Assembly (NCBI GenBank): GCA_964527925.1
Contig: CAZGQO010000001.1
Location: 491,312 to 555,311 of the forward strand
Source of the DNA: an uncultured Ignavibacteriaceae bacterium
GTDB lineage: Bacteria > Bacteroidota > Ignavibacteria > Ch128b
Length of the DNA stretch: 64,000 nt
Direction of reading: 5' to 3'
Position numbers and translations under genes: made by a program. The notes under the pieces are model-generated. The model saw only the letters and a program-made list of their open reading frames with translations, did no database searches and was not told the DNA's origin. Positions 9,660-19,866 of this stretch are shown here, piece after piece. Position 1 is the stretch's first letter. Each line of letters starts with the position of its first letter.

Positions 9660-11609
9660 TTATATAATTGCGGAAATTAATGTTTGAATCTCAAAAGAAT
9701 CATCTATTTCCAATTCCCCAGAAATGTGAATTCGTTTGTTTTTATTTAGCTTACCATAACTTTCTGAGTAATAATAATCTTCAATTACAATTTTGAAATT
9801 ATCAGCGCAATTGAATAATATTTTAATTGAAGATGAATCACGGGTCAGTATAAATTCGTTCTTATTCATTTTTTCTAATAAAACTTCGGGATGAAAATGA
9901 AAGAATAAATCAACTTGATGTTTACCATTACCATAAATTTTATCGATAACCAATAGCGAGTCTTCTTTTCTGTTCAGTGTAATTGTTCTCTCAACTGTTA
10001 CTGGATTAATTAATCTTTCATAAGCATGATGTTGAACAGTGATTGTATTGATTGAATTATCATTCAACTCTAAAAACTTTACCTCTGGATTTGTTGCGTC
10101 ATTTGTAATCCTGAAAAGATTTAAGAACTCAGCAATTTCTTTTTCGTCAATCACGATTGTATTGTGAGAAGAAGTCGATCTCAAAAGTTGACGCATTTCT
10201 GGGTCAGGAGTATAAACATAAGTTCCTGAATCGACAATGAATCTTTTATTTCTGTAAGCCAGTTCAAAACTCAAAATATCATTATGACCATGTCCACCCC
10301 AGCCATTCATTCCGATATCGCCAGCATCAAAAAACACGAAGAAGTTATTCGATCTCAAAATGTAAAACCCGCCTTGTGGAAATGCTTTTGAATAGATATC
10401 AATTTCAGGATTTTGGATTTTATTGAATTTTGAATTTCCATTTGCACCAAGTAAGAAGAGGGCATCTACAGAAATTTTTTCAGATTTAAACTTCAGTTTT
10501 CCATCATTAAAAAGAATCGATCCTATTGTTAATAAATTTCTCATTTCACTAATTTTTTCAATCAGAGAAAATTTTAATACTCTTCCATCATCGCAATCAC
10601 CAACATTTGGCACTTCATCATCCAGTAAAAACTCGGAAATAAAATGAAACATTCTGTGCAGTCTTTGTTTGAAAGAATCAGTAAAATTGATTCCGAGTTT
10701 TAATCCAGCAATGAAAGAAAGAGTAAAAATTTCAGTAACAAGCCGTTGATAGTAAGTTGATTTCTCGTAATCAACTCCATCTTCGTAGACTTGAATTAAA
10801 ATTTCTTTTTCCAGTTCTGTCTTAGCAAAATAAAACCATCTTTTTCCAAAAGAATGATTGAAAAAGAATGCACCAATCCAGATTAGTCCCATCAAATCAC
10901 TTAAGTAATGATTACCATTTCGTCGTCCGTATTCAAGATTGTTCCTTATAAAAATGCCGTTTTGGTAAAGTGAATAAAAAATTTTTTGTTTAATCTCTTC
11001 AGTGAAATAAGATGAGTTTTTAAAGATTTGAAGTGAAAGAATCCAGTTAACTGATTTTATTGCAACTTCCATTGCACAATTCCAGTTGACGCCATAGCAG
11101 AAAGGATTTTCATCAATCCAATCATTGATTAGTTCAAAAAATTTTTTAGAATATTTTTCATCACCATTGATAATGTAAGCTTTAGCTAACCAGAGTGCTT
11201 GATGAAAACGACTTAATTCCCATGGAACTTTGATGTCGCTTTTATTGATTGATTGTTTTGAATTAATCTCTGTGTAAAACTTTTTTTCGTAGATTCTGCC
11301 TGACTTAAAATCCTGATGCCAATTAATCTTCTCACCGAGATGAACAAGTTCGGATCCGAGTGTATGGAAATAATTGTTGATAACCAGTTCAGCTTCATTA
11401 ATTATCCTGTCTCTAAAATCAATTTGAAGAAGAATGTTTCTAAAATCTTCGCTGTGAAAATTGTTTGAATGAAAGAAAAAGTTAGGTTCAAAAGATTTAA
11501 ACTTTTTGTATAAACCAGATTTAAATCTAAGAATGAAAATCGGTTTCAAAAGAAAGTGATTATAAACAATAAAAAAAATTTGTTTGAATTTTCTCATGGT
11601 TGATTTCAT
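9660..11609 (-). CDS. Heparinase II/III-family protein (polysaccharide-locus type)
   Basis: PWELSRFHQ, WNCAMEVAIK, NHYLSDLMGL, DGVDYEKSTYYQ, GHGHNDILSF, DSGTYVY, SHNTIVID. Confidence 0.8.
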   Translation of the reverse strand: MKSTMRKFKQIFFIVYNHFLLKPIFILRFKSGLYKKFKSFEPNFFFHSNNFHSEDFRNILLQIDFRDRIINEAELVINNYFHTLGSELVHLGEKINWHQDFKSGRIYEKKFYTEINSKQSINKSDIKVPWELSRFHQALWLAKAYIINGDEKYSKKFFELINDWIDENPFCYGVNWNCAMEVAIKSVNWILSLQIFKNSSYFTEEIKQKIFYSLYQNGIFIRNNLEYGRRNGNHYLSDLMGLIWIGAFFFNHSFGKRWFYFAKTELEKEILIQVYEDGVDYEKSTYYQRLVTEIFTLSFIAGLKLGINFTDSFKQRLHRMFHFISEFLLDDEVPNVGDCDDGRVLKFSLIEKISEMRNLLTIGSILFNDGKLKFKSEKISVDALFLLGANGNSKFNKIQNPEIDIYSKAFPQGGFYILRSNNFFVFFDAGDIGMNGWGGHGHNDILSFELAYRNKRFIVDSGTYVYTPDPEMRQLLRSTSSHNTIVIDEKEIAEFLNLFRITNDATNPEVKFLELNDNSINTITVQHHAYERLINPVTVERTITLNRKEDSLLVIDKIYGNGKHQVDLFFHFHPEVLLEKMNKNEFILTRDSSSIKILFNCADNFKIVIEDYYYSESYGKLNKNKRIHISGELEIDDSFEIQTLISAII

Positions 11610-12337
11610 TTTTTAATTCCAATCCAACCCATTCGATGACCGAAAAATTTTGTAACAAAATCATGAAATCTGAACATCACACCCGATAAGTCTCCAGCAC
11701 TTGAACAATAAAACAAAGGTTGAATTCCATTCATTTTAAGAATTCCTTTTAATTCCCATGGGAAATAATGATGTTCATAACCAAAAGGACTTGTGCCTTT
11801 CCTTTGCATCCAGTTGCTTCTCAAATATTTTCCGATGTTTAATTTATTTGGAACAGTAATTATCACATATCCCCCCTTTTTAGTGACTCTTGAAATTTCA
11901 CTAAATGCTTTTTTTCGTTTTTGTTTTTCGGGAATATGTTCAAGAGTTGAGAATGAAAATGCAATATCAAAATATTCATCGGGGAAAGGTAAAGCAGTTG
12001 CATCGGCAACTTCAATTCTTATTCGTGAACGATAATTCGGATGAATTTCTTTATCAGCTATCTCATTTGCAACACGAATAATCTCTGGAGCAATATCAAC
12101 TGAAACTAATTCTTTTACTTTTGATGCAAAGTAAATCTCATCAATTGGAAAGAATGTCCCAATGTTAAGTACGATTTTGTTTTTCAATCCATCAGGAATC
12201 TTTGAAATCAATCTATAATCAACTTTAAATTTCGATTGGAACATATAATTCCAATCATCTCGAACATCAAAAACATCTTCAGGATTCAAATGTTTAGTAA
12301 ATTTTTCAATGACGAGTTTTTGATCCTTATCTATCAT
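11606..12337 (-). CDS. Class I SAM-dependent methyltransferase
   Basis: VSVDIA, VADATALPFPDEYFDIAFSFSTLEHI, RVTKKGGYVIITVPN. Four-base overlaps with both neighbours. Confidence 0.8.
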   Translation of the reverse strand: MIDKDQKLVIEKFTKHLNPEDVFDVRDDWNYMFQSKFKVDYRLISKIPDGLKNKIVLNIGTFFPIDEIYFASKVKELVSVDIAPEIIRVANEIADKEIHPNYRSRIRIEVADATALPFPDEYFDIAFSFSTLEHIPEKQKRKKAFSEISRVTKKGGYVIITVPNKLNIGKYLRSNWMQRKGTSPFGYEHHYFPWELKGILKMNGIQPLFYCSSAGDLSGVMFRFHDFVTKFFGHRMGWIGIKK

Positions 12338-13584
12338 ACATTTCCCTTCAATGATTTAAGATAATAATAGTGATAAGAAATATAATTCAACATCAAAGAA
12401 ACTAATGTTGCCAGAGCAGCACCCATTGAACCATATCGAGGAATTAAGAGTAAATTCAAAAAAATTGTATAAATAGAAAATGTAATCGTGATTCTTAAAA
12501 TATAATCACCCTTCCCCTTCGCACTCAAATAAAAATTATATGGTTGAAATGCACCCATAAAAATGTTTGCAATCACTAATGGAAGATTTAATGGAACAGC
12601 TTCTGAATATTTTTTTGAAAAGAATAGTTCCAGAACAAATCCACCAATTAGAAGATAAACCAAACTGCTTCCAATGAGCCAGATAAAATTTATCACAAAT
12701 ACTCGTTTGGGAATTTTTTCCTGATGAGCAAATCCTTTGAATAACGATGTGCAAAGAGATCTCGAAAAAACCGAAATAGGTGTGGTAAAGAAATTTATCA
12801 AAGAATAATTCGCTACTTCAATCTCCTTCACAAAATATTGAATCAGCAAAATATTTGATTGATAACCCAGCATTCCAGCAACTCTTCCAATATAAACTTT
12901 AAAGCCATAGCTCTTAGTTTCTTTAAAAATCTCACTTAAATTTTTTTTGATGTTTGAAAATTCGGGTTTTGAAATAATAACAGTAATAAATGTCGCAACG
13001 AAAAATGAAAAAACATAAAGAAGCGATGTTGTTGTCAGATTAAATAATCCAAGTAAGAAAAAAATTCCAATGAAGATAAAATAAAATAATCTTGGCAAAA
13101 GAAAATAAAGAGAAAGCTTAAGAACTTCGTTACTCCCCTGAAATATCAACTGAATTAAAAACTGAAATGGAAATGCAATTGATGGAATTAATCCTATAAG
13201 TATTAAAAACTTCACATTTGAATTGAATATATCATCTATTAAAAATGAGATGAACAAAAGTACAATCACAAAAAAAATCGAAATCACAAAACCAATTATG
13301 TAAAGCGTTCCAATTAATTCGCGTTCTTTTCTGTAATCTCTTTCAACAGCAATTAATCTTGAACCAGCGGAGTAATAACCAAACTCAAAAATAAGTGCGA
13401 CAATCGAGAGAACCTGAATATAAAAATTTAGAGTTCCAAACTCTGCTTTTGTTAGTAATCTTGTATTGAGAATTGTAAATAGAACACCAAAAACCATCGC
13501 ACCAATTTGTGATAGATAAAGTGCAATAGTTTGTTTAGCTGTTTTTGTGAGATTAAACAAGTTGATTTTAGATAAATAGTCCAT
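12334..13584 (-). CDS. Wzx-type oligosaccharide flippase
   Basis: About 12 hydrophobic segments. RLLTKAEFG near the N-terminus and LNLLLIPRYGSMGAALAT near the C-terminus. Confidence 0.85.
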   Translation of the reverse strand: MDYLSKINLFNLTKTAKQTIALYLSQIGAMVFGVLFTILNTRLLTKAEFGTLNFYIQVLSIVALIFEFGYYSAGSRLIAVERDYRKERELIGTLYIIGFVISIFFVIVLLFISFLIDDIFNSNVKFLILIGLIPSIAFPFQFLIQLIFQGSNEVLKLSLYFLLPRLFYFIFIGIFFLLGLFNLTTTSLLYVFSFFVATFITVIISKPEFSNIKKNLSEIFKETKSYGFKVYIGRVAGMLGYQSNILLIQYFVKEIEVANYSLINFFTTPISVFSRSLCTSLFKGFAHQEKIPKRVFVINFIWLIGSSLVYLLIGGFVLELFFSKKYSEAVPLNLPLVIANIFMGAFQPYNFYLSAKGKGDYILRITITFSIYTIFLNLLLIPRYGSMGAALATLVSLMLNYISYHYYYLKSLKGNV

Positions 13585-15497
13585 TAGTCTATAAGTTTCC
13601 CATAAAACCAGTAATCATACCACATGAATAAATTAAGAAGATTCCATGTATTTTGAACAAAATCATAACGATTCGAAAGTGGAGAATCAAGTAGAAATTT
13701 AATAAAGTCCTTGTTGAATAATTCAAGTTCATGAATTTTTGAATTCAACAAATAGTGTCTTGTAAAATTTGATAATTCATTTCTCAGCCAGAAATTCATC
13801 GGTGCTGCAAATCCTTGTTTCTTTCGATAAATAATTTCATGGGGAATAATTCCTTCAACAGCTTTCTTTAAAATGTATTTAGTTGTATTGTTCTTAGTCT
13901 TGATTCGTGAATCAATCATGAAAGATAATTCAACAAGTCTGTAATCAAGAAAAGGAACACGAGCTTCTACTGAAGTTGCCATAGCCATTTTATCCACACG
14001 CATCAATAATAGTTCGGGTAATCTATTTTTGAATTCAAAATAAATCATCTTTCTGAGAAGATCGTTGATTGAAGTTTTTTCAGAATATTTTAGATAGATT
14101 TTTTCGATAACCCTGTATGAATCTGAAAAATCTTTTTTCATTAAATATTTCTTATGTTCTTTAGTGAAGTTTATTGCACCGCCCCAATAAGTTTCTTCGC
14201 CATCCTTTATTCTTCGCAGATAATCTAATTCTAAAAATTTCCCGTCCTCGCTCCATAACCTATTCGCAAGATTGTAGATACTTTTTCTCAAGCTTGATGG
14301 AAATCGTTTTAAAAGAATCTGATTGATTTTGTTAACTCGCAATTCTCTTAACATCCACGGGTAGCCTGCAAATTCTTCATCACTTCCTTCGCCGACTTGT
14401 ACAACTATGGTTCCATTTTCTCTTGCAAGTTTCGAAACAAAATAAAGTGGAATGCATACGGGGTCGGCAAGTGGTTCATCCTGATGGTAAACTAATTCAG
14501 GAAAAAATTCCAATGCATCATTTGCATCAATAATAATTTCTTGATGATTTGTTTTGAAATGTTCTGCAACCTTACGAGCATAATTGAATTCGTTATACTT
14601 GTTCAAATTTTTAAATCCAACCGAAAAAGTATCAACAGGACGATCCATCAATTCAGCCATCAAAGCAACATTTGTTGTTGAATCAATTCCGCCACTCAGA
14701 AAAACCCCAAATGGTACATCACTAATCATTCTGTCTTTTATCGATTGACGTAAAAGATTGACAATTGATTTTTTTATTTCTTTTTCATCAGAAATTATTT
14801 GTTCATTTTTTGAATTAAGTACATCATAATATTCTTCAACAAACAAGTCACCATTCTCTTTCAATATAAGTCGATGTCCTGGTGGAAGTTTGAAAATTCC
14901 TTTGAACATTGTGTCCGGTGCAGGCGGAATTAAAAATGTCAAATAGTTAGAAAGACTTTTGAAATTCAATTCTTTAATTACATCGGGATGTTTTAGAATT
15001 GATTTTATCTCAGAAGCGAAGATAAACTTGCCATTCTGGAAAGTATAATAAAAAGGTTTTTTACCTATTCGATCACGATAGGCAATGAACATTTTATTTC
15101 GTTCATCCCATAGAGCGATTGCAAACATTCCATTCAGTTTGTGAATGAAATCAAGTCCATATTCTTCATAAGAATAGATAATTGATTCAGTATCGCTTCT
15201 CGAACGATATTTATATCTTTTAGCTTCTAATTCTTTTCTTATTTCAAGATGATTGTAAATTTCGCCGTTGAAGACAATCCAGATGGTTCCATCATGATTG
15301 CACATCGGTTGGTGAGCCGCGGGAGTCAAATCAATTATTGCTAATCTTCTAAAACCAAATCCGACTTTTTTAGTTTGGTTAATAAAAATCCCAGCATCAT
15401 CAGGGCCACGATGCGACATTTCATCCCGCATTTGAATTAAAATATTTCCATTAACTATAGAATTATCAAAAGAAATTATTCCACAAATTCCACACAT
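13584..15497 (-). CDS. asnB: Asparagine synthase (glutamine-hydrolysing) family amidotransferase
   Basis: N-terminal MCGICG, HRGPDDAG, RRLAIID, FNGEIYN, FLSGGIDS, GEGSDEEFAGY, SVEARVPFLD. Confidence 0.92.
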   Translation of the reverse strand: MCGICGIISFDNSIVNGNILIQMRDEMSHRGPDDAGIFINQTKKVGFGFRRLAIIDLTPAAHQPMCNHDGTIWIVFNGEIYNHLEIRKELEAKRYKYRSRSDTESIIYSYEEYGLDFIHKLNGMFAIALWDERNKMFIAYRDRIGKKPFYYTFQNGKFIFASEIKSILKHPDVIKELNFKSLSNYLTFLIPPAPDTMFKGIFKLPPGHRLILKENGDLFVEEYYDVLNSKNEQIISDEKEIKKSIVNLLRQSIKDRMISDVPFGVFLSGGIDSTTNVALMAELMDRPVDTFSVGFKNLNKYNEFNYARKVAEHFKTNHQEIIIDANDALEFFPELVYHQDEPLADPVCIPLYFVSKLARENGTIVVQVGEGSDEEFAGYPWMLRELRVNKINQILLKRFPSSLRKSIYNLANRLWSEDGKFLELDYLRRIKDGEETYWGGAINFTKEHKKYLMKKDFSDSYRVIEKIYLKYSEKTSINDLLRKMIYFEFKNRLPELLLMRVDKMAMATSVEARVPFLDYRLVELSFMIDSRIKTKNNTTKYILKKAVEGIIPHEIIYRKKQGFAAPMNFWLRNELSNFTRHYLLNSKIHELELFNKDFIKFLLDSPLSNRYDFVQNTWNLLNLFMWYDYWFYGKLID

Positions 15498-15620
15498 AAA
15501 GAATAACTAAAATTTGTTTTTAATAAAGTAAATCTAAGAAAATATCTAAAATTTACTGATAGTATCACCTTGCCTATTAAAAAAGAATCTTAACTATATT
15601 TACAAAAACAGGATAAGAAT

Positions 15621-16112
15621 ATGGAACACAAAAAACGCCCAAGTTGGGACGAATATTTTTTAAAACTCGCCATGCTCGCATCAGAAAGATCAACCTGTCC
15701 AAGAATGCATGTTGGATGTGTTCTTGTAAAAGATAAGTATGTTTTGGCAACTGGTTATAATGGTTCATTGCCAGGACAGCCGCATTGTGATGATGTTGGA
15801 TGTTTGATTGTAGATAATCACTGTGTGAGAACAAATCATGCAGAGATGAATGCTTTAATTCAAGCTACACTACATGGTGTAACAGTTAAAGGTGCAACTG
15901 CTTATGTAACAAATATGCCCTGCACAACCTGTGCAAAAGCTCTGATTGCTGCAGGAATTGTGAGAGTAGTCGTTTTTTCGGATTATCACGACTCACTCGG
16001 TGTTCAGTTCTTCAAAGACGCAGGAGTAAGGATTGATAAACTTCCAATGCCAGAGAAAATTATTCATTACGATTTAGAAAAATATACCTCTGCGAGAATT
16101 AATAAAGAATAG
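15621..16112 (+). CDS. dCMP deaminase (ComEB-type)
   Basis: RPSWDEYF, RSTCPRMHVG, TGYNGS, zinc motifs HAE and PCTTC. Confidence 0.88.
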   Translation: MEHKKRPSWDEYFLKLAMLASERSTCPRMHVGCVLVKDKYVLATGYNGSLPGQPHCDDVGCLIVDNHCVRTNHAEMNALIQATLHGVTVKGATAYVTNMPCTTCAKALIAAGIVRVVVFSDYHDSLGVQFFKDAGVRIDKLPMPEKIIHYDLEKYTSARINKE

Positions 16113-16254
16113 CTCGAAAACTCTCTCCATCAAATTTGAGAGATCGAAAAAAATTAAAAATTTTCGTTGCTTCAACTAATTAAAAAAATTATTTTGGAAA
16201 TAGGCTCAAATAGAGTTGGAGAGTAATAATTAACAACAAAAAGTGAGGTTCAAT

Positions 16255-16683
16255 ATGTTAACAAAAAAATTCTGGTTAACTTTCATACTCGTTTTTGTTG
16301 CCCTTGAGGTAACAAACTACATCATTTACATGAGTGTTCTGGGTTCACTCTGGCAGGATCCAGAAATATCAAAAGCTTTTAGACCACAGGAAGAAATAAT
16401 GTCAAAAATGTGGGTGGGATACATTCTCGATCTTGTATGGTCATTCTTCTTCACTTTCTTCTTCGCTAAAGGTTATGAAAATAAGGGGATTATGGAGGGA
16501 GTAAGGTTTGGTATTTATATTGGATTATTCTTTAGCATGGTGGTGAGCTACAGCTCATATGTTGTCTACCCGATTCCATACAAGGTTGCATTACAAATGT
16601 TTATTTGGGGTTTGATACAGGCTGTAGTCCTTGGAATTGTTGCAGCATTGGTCTATAAACCAAAACAGGTTGAAACTGCTTAA
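16255..16683 (+). CDS. Small four-TM membrane protein (DUF1761-like, tentative)
   Basis: The ORF track starts at GTG 16243, but ATG 16255 has a GAGGT RBS at 16245-16249. Four hydrophobic segments. The family guess is weak. Confidence 0.6.
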   Translation: MLTKKFWLTFILVFVALEVTNYIIYMSVLGSLWQDPEISKAFRPQEEIMSKMWVGYILDLVWSFFFTFFFAKGYENKGIMEGVRFGIYIGLFFSMVVSYSSYVVYPIPYKVALQMFIWGLIQAVVLGIVAALVYKPKQVETA

Positions 16684-16704
16684 AAATTTTTTCAGGTTTC
16701 ATCC

Positions 16705-16738
16705 AAGCCTCTCCACTCTGGGGAGGCTTTTTTATTTT
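16705..16738 (+). terminator. Rho-independent terminator
   Basis: AAGCCTCTCC-ACTCT-GGGGAGGCTT stem (one G:U pair) followed by a T-run, 21 nt after the stop at 16683. Confidence 0.85.
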
Positions 16739-16777
16739 AAATTGAATAATGTATTAAGATTATTTTATTTTTGAGAT

Positions 16778-18925
16778 ATGAAATCGAAAAAGAAACAAAA
16801 AGATTTTTCGAAACTTATCAGATTAACGATTGCTTTAATAACGGTTTTCATCATCACATTATTTTTTCCAAAAAGTGAAATAATTGAGTCAGAGATTAAT
16901 GTTGGTGATATATGGGGTTCCAAAGATCTTATTGCTCAATTTAGTTTTCCAATACTCAAATATCCCGATGAATATGAACGAGATTTGAAATTAGCTGAAG
17001 AAAGTGTTTTACCAATTTTCGAATTGCGAGATACAATTCCTCGATTTGCTATCGAAAATCTTCCACCTTTCATAGCTGAACTAAAAAAACAATTTTCTCT
17101 TCTTTCACAAAATAAAATACCTCCAGATTCAATTTTGAGATATTATTCATTCAAATTAGATTCAAATCAAATTCAATCATTCACCCTCAAAATAAATGAT
17201 AAATTCTTTAGCGACCTTGACTTTTTAATTAAAAACTTCATCGACTTTGTTTATTCTCAAGGTTATTTGAACAAAAGGAAGGATGAAATTCTAAAAGATT
17301 CAATTTTCTTGAGGATAGGTAATCGAGAGACAAAATACTCGAAACAATCATTTCTGGACGAAAAGGACTTAGAAAAATATTTAATCGAAACAATTACACT
17401 ACTTAGGAATTTTAAAGAACTCTTTGATCCAATTTTCAGGTTCTATGTAGATAATTTCATTTTACCAAATATTATTTACAACGAAGCTGATACAAAATTG
17501 GCTATCGAAGAGGCTAAATACAAAGTTTCAAAAAATATTGGAATTATTCTGGCTAATGAAAGAATTGTTGCGAAACATCAGAGAATTACTGAGGACATAA
17601 AACGCAAAATTGACTCATATCGACGACTAAAATTTGAAAAGGGTGAACGTATCAATGAATTTTTACAATTCATTGGAAAATTTTTACACATATTCGCCAT
17701 ACTTTTCATTTTTTCAATTTATATTTATTTATTCAGAAAAAAAGTTTTTAACAACACAAGTAGAATCATAATCATTTCAATAATTCTCATACTTATTTCT
17801 TTCTTTGCCTATTTATTCTCGAAAATTGAAACAGATCTTCCTGTTGAGTTTTTGGTTTTCGTACCTGTTGCCTCAATGATTATTACAATAATTTTTGATT
17901 CAAGAATGGGATTTTATGTAACGGTTATTTTGTCCCTCATCATTGGTGGAATTCGCGGAAATGATTACACCATCGCAACTGCAAATTTTATTGCTGGTGC
18001 ACTTTCTGTTTATTCTGTAAGAGATATAAAAAATCGTTCTCAAATTTTTAGATCCTTGCTTTTCGTTCTGGTTGGTTATACTGTCAGCATAATTGCTTTT
18101 GGACTTGAAAGATATTCGCCCATTACAGAAATAGGAAATCAAATGATATTCGCTGTAGCAAATGCAATTATATCACCGGTAATGACTTACGGAATGTTGA
18201 TATTCTTCGAAAAGATTTTCAAAGTCGTTACGGATCTAACTTTGATGGAATTAGGTAATTTTAATCATCCGCTTCTGGTTGAACTGCGATCGAAAGCACC
18301 AGGGACTTTTCATCACTCGGTAAACATTAGTATTCTATCAGAAAGTGCTGCTGAAGCAATCGGTGCAAACTCTATATTAACCAAAGTTGGTGCTCTTTAT
18401 CACGATATTGGAAAAATTATTCAACCAGAATACTTCATAGAAAATTTAAGAGATGAGAAAAGCGAACATGAAGATCTTGACCCAGAACAAAGCGCCCAAA
18501 TTATTTTAAACCATGTTGAAATTGGAATTGACCTCGCAAGAAAATATAACCTGCCTGAAGAAGTCATAGATTTTATTCCAATGCATCATGGAACAACACA
18601 GGTTCAGTACTTTTTGAGAGTTGCAAAAAAACTTGGCAAAAAAGTCGATGAGGATAAGTTCCGTTATCCCGGTCCGAAACCTAAATCGAAAGAGACTGGG
18701 ATTGTTATGCTTGCTGATGCTGTTGAATCAATCAGCAGAAATATTGATGTGATTAATGAAAACATTCTTGAAGAGGTGATTGACGAAATCATTCGAAAAA
18801 GATTTTTTGAGGGTGAACTGGATGACTCTAATTTGACTTTAAGAGATTTAACCAAAATTAAAAAGAGCTTTATAAATACTTTGCTCGGCATTTATCATCA
18901 AAGAATTGTATATCCCGAATCATGA
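16778..18925 (+). CDS. 7TM-HD phosphohydrolase (PgpH-like, c-di-AMP phosphodiesterase family)
   Basis: N-terminal TM, large extracytoplasmic domain, ~7 TM, then APGTFHHS, GALYHDIGK, HHGTT, YPGPKP, VMLADAVES, YHQRIVYP. Confidence 0.88.
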   Translation: MKSKKKQKDFSKLIRLTIALITVFIITLFFPKSEIIESEINVGDIWGSKDLIAQFSFPILKYPDEYERDLKLAEESVLPIFELRDTIPRFAIENLPPFIAELKKQFSLLSQNKIPPDSILRYYSFKLDSNQIQSFTLKINDKFFSDLDFLIKNFIDFVYSQGYLNKRKDEILKDSIFLRIGNRETKYSKQSFLDEKDLEKYLIETITLLRNFKELFDPIFRFYVDNFILPNIIYNEADTKLAIEEAKYKVSKNIGIILANERIVAKHQRITEDIKRKIDSYRRLKFEKGERINEFLQFIGKFLHIFAILFIFSIYIYLFRKKVFNNTSRIIIISIILILISFFAYLFSKIETDLPVEFLVFVPVASMIITIIFDSRMGFYVTVILSLIIGGIRGNDYTIATANFIAGALSVYSVRDIKNRSQIFRSLLFVLVGYTVSIIAFGLERYSPITEIGNQMIFAVANAIISPVMTYGMLIFFEKIFKVVTDLTLMELGNFNHPLLVELRSKAPGTFHHSVNISILSESAAEAIGANSILTKVGALYHDIGKIIQPEYFIENLRDEKSEHEDLDPEQSAQIILNHVEIGIDLARKYNLPEEVIDFIPMHHGTTQVQYFLRVAKKLGKKVDEDKFRYPGPKPKSKETGIVMLADAVESISRNIDVINENILEEVIDEIIRKRFFEGELDDSNLTLRDLTKIKKSFINTLLGIYHQRIVYPES

Positions 18926-19845
18926 CAAATTCCAATGACTTCTTTGAAAAATTATTAAAAGAATTCTTGACCTATATGAAGTTAATCCGCGGCTATTCAA
19001 ATAATACAGTAGATTCTTATCGAAGAGATTTAGAAAGATTCATAAATTTTTTGAGGGATCAATCTATAGACGATTTCAATGATGTAGACAAATCAATAAT
19101 GAGTCGTTTTTTTTCATCTTTAAATTCACTGGGACTTTCTACAAAATCACTTGCAAGAAATTATTCTTCTGTAAAATCATTTTTTAGATATCTTTCGAGT
19201 AACGATTTCATACAAACGAATCCTGCAAGTCAATTCAAACCGCCCAAAGTAAAAGTTCATCCTCCGGAAGTCTTATCGATTTCAGAAATGGAAAGATTAC
19301 TGGAACAACCAAATCATAAAACTCTTTTGGGTCTCCGCGATAAAGCTATGTTAGAATTTGCATATGCAACTGGTGTAAGAGTCTCCGAACTTATCAACCT
19401 GAAAAAAAATGATCTTTTCTTGAACGAAGAAATTGTTAGAATTTTTGGTAAAGGTTCAAAAGAAAGATTCGTACCTATTGGAACCCATGCGATTTACTGG
19501 ATTAATGAATATATGATTAAGTCCAGACCTGTTTTAATTAGAAATTTATATTCAACTGATATTGTTTTTGTAAATAGATTTGGTAAAAAATTAAGTCGAA
19601 TGGGATTTTTTAAAATTCTAAGAGAATATGTTCAAAAAGCAAAGATTGATAAAAGCGTTCATCCTCACACAATCAGACATTCATTTGCAACTCATTTAAT
19701 TGAACGAGGTGCTGATATCAGAGTTGTTCAAGAATTGCTTGGACATGCAAAAATTTCAACAACACAAATTTATACTCACATTGATCGAAATAAATTGAGA
19801 GAGGCATTGATTAATTTTCATCCTAGAAGTAAAGTAAGTAGCTAA
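18922..19845 (+). CDS. xerD: Site-specific tyrosine recombinase XerD
   Basis: GLRDKAMLEFAYATGVRVSEL, GKGSKERFVP, HPHTIRHSFATHL, VQELLGHAKISTTQIYTH. 307 aa. Confidence 0.88.
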   Translation: MTNSNDFFEKLLKEFLTYMKLIRGYSNNTVDSYRRDLERFINFLRDQSIDDFNDVDKSIMSRFFSSLNSLGLSTKSLARNYSSVKSFFRYLSSNDFIQTNPASQFKPPKVKVHPPEVLSISEMERLLEQPNHKTLLGLRDKAMLEFAYATGVRVSELINLKKNDLFLNEEIVRIFGKGSKERFVPIGTHAIYWINEYMIKSRPVLIRNLYSTDIVFVNRFGKKLSRMGFFKILREYVQKAKIDKSVHPHTIRHSFATHLIERGADIRVVQELLGHAKISTTQIYTHIDRNKLREALINFHPRSKVSS

Positions 19846-19866
19846 CTTAAAAATTAACCAAATAAT

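Noticed and set aside
9660-11609. Polysaccharide utilisation locus around the heparinase-like gene
   Set aside because: No SusC/SusD or TonB-dependent transporter; the neighbours are biosynthetic.
15621-16112. dCMP deaminase as anti-phage dCTP-depletion defence
   Set aside because: It is only 163 aa, ComEB-type, and lacks the N-terminal P-loop kinase domain of AvcD-type defence deaminases. There are no defence neighbours.
18922-19845. Tyrosine recombinase as the integrase of a mobile element
   Set aside because: Size and motifs fit housekeeping XerD, it is translationally coupled to core genes, and I saw no att repeats, tRNA target or cargo.
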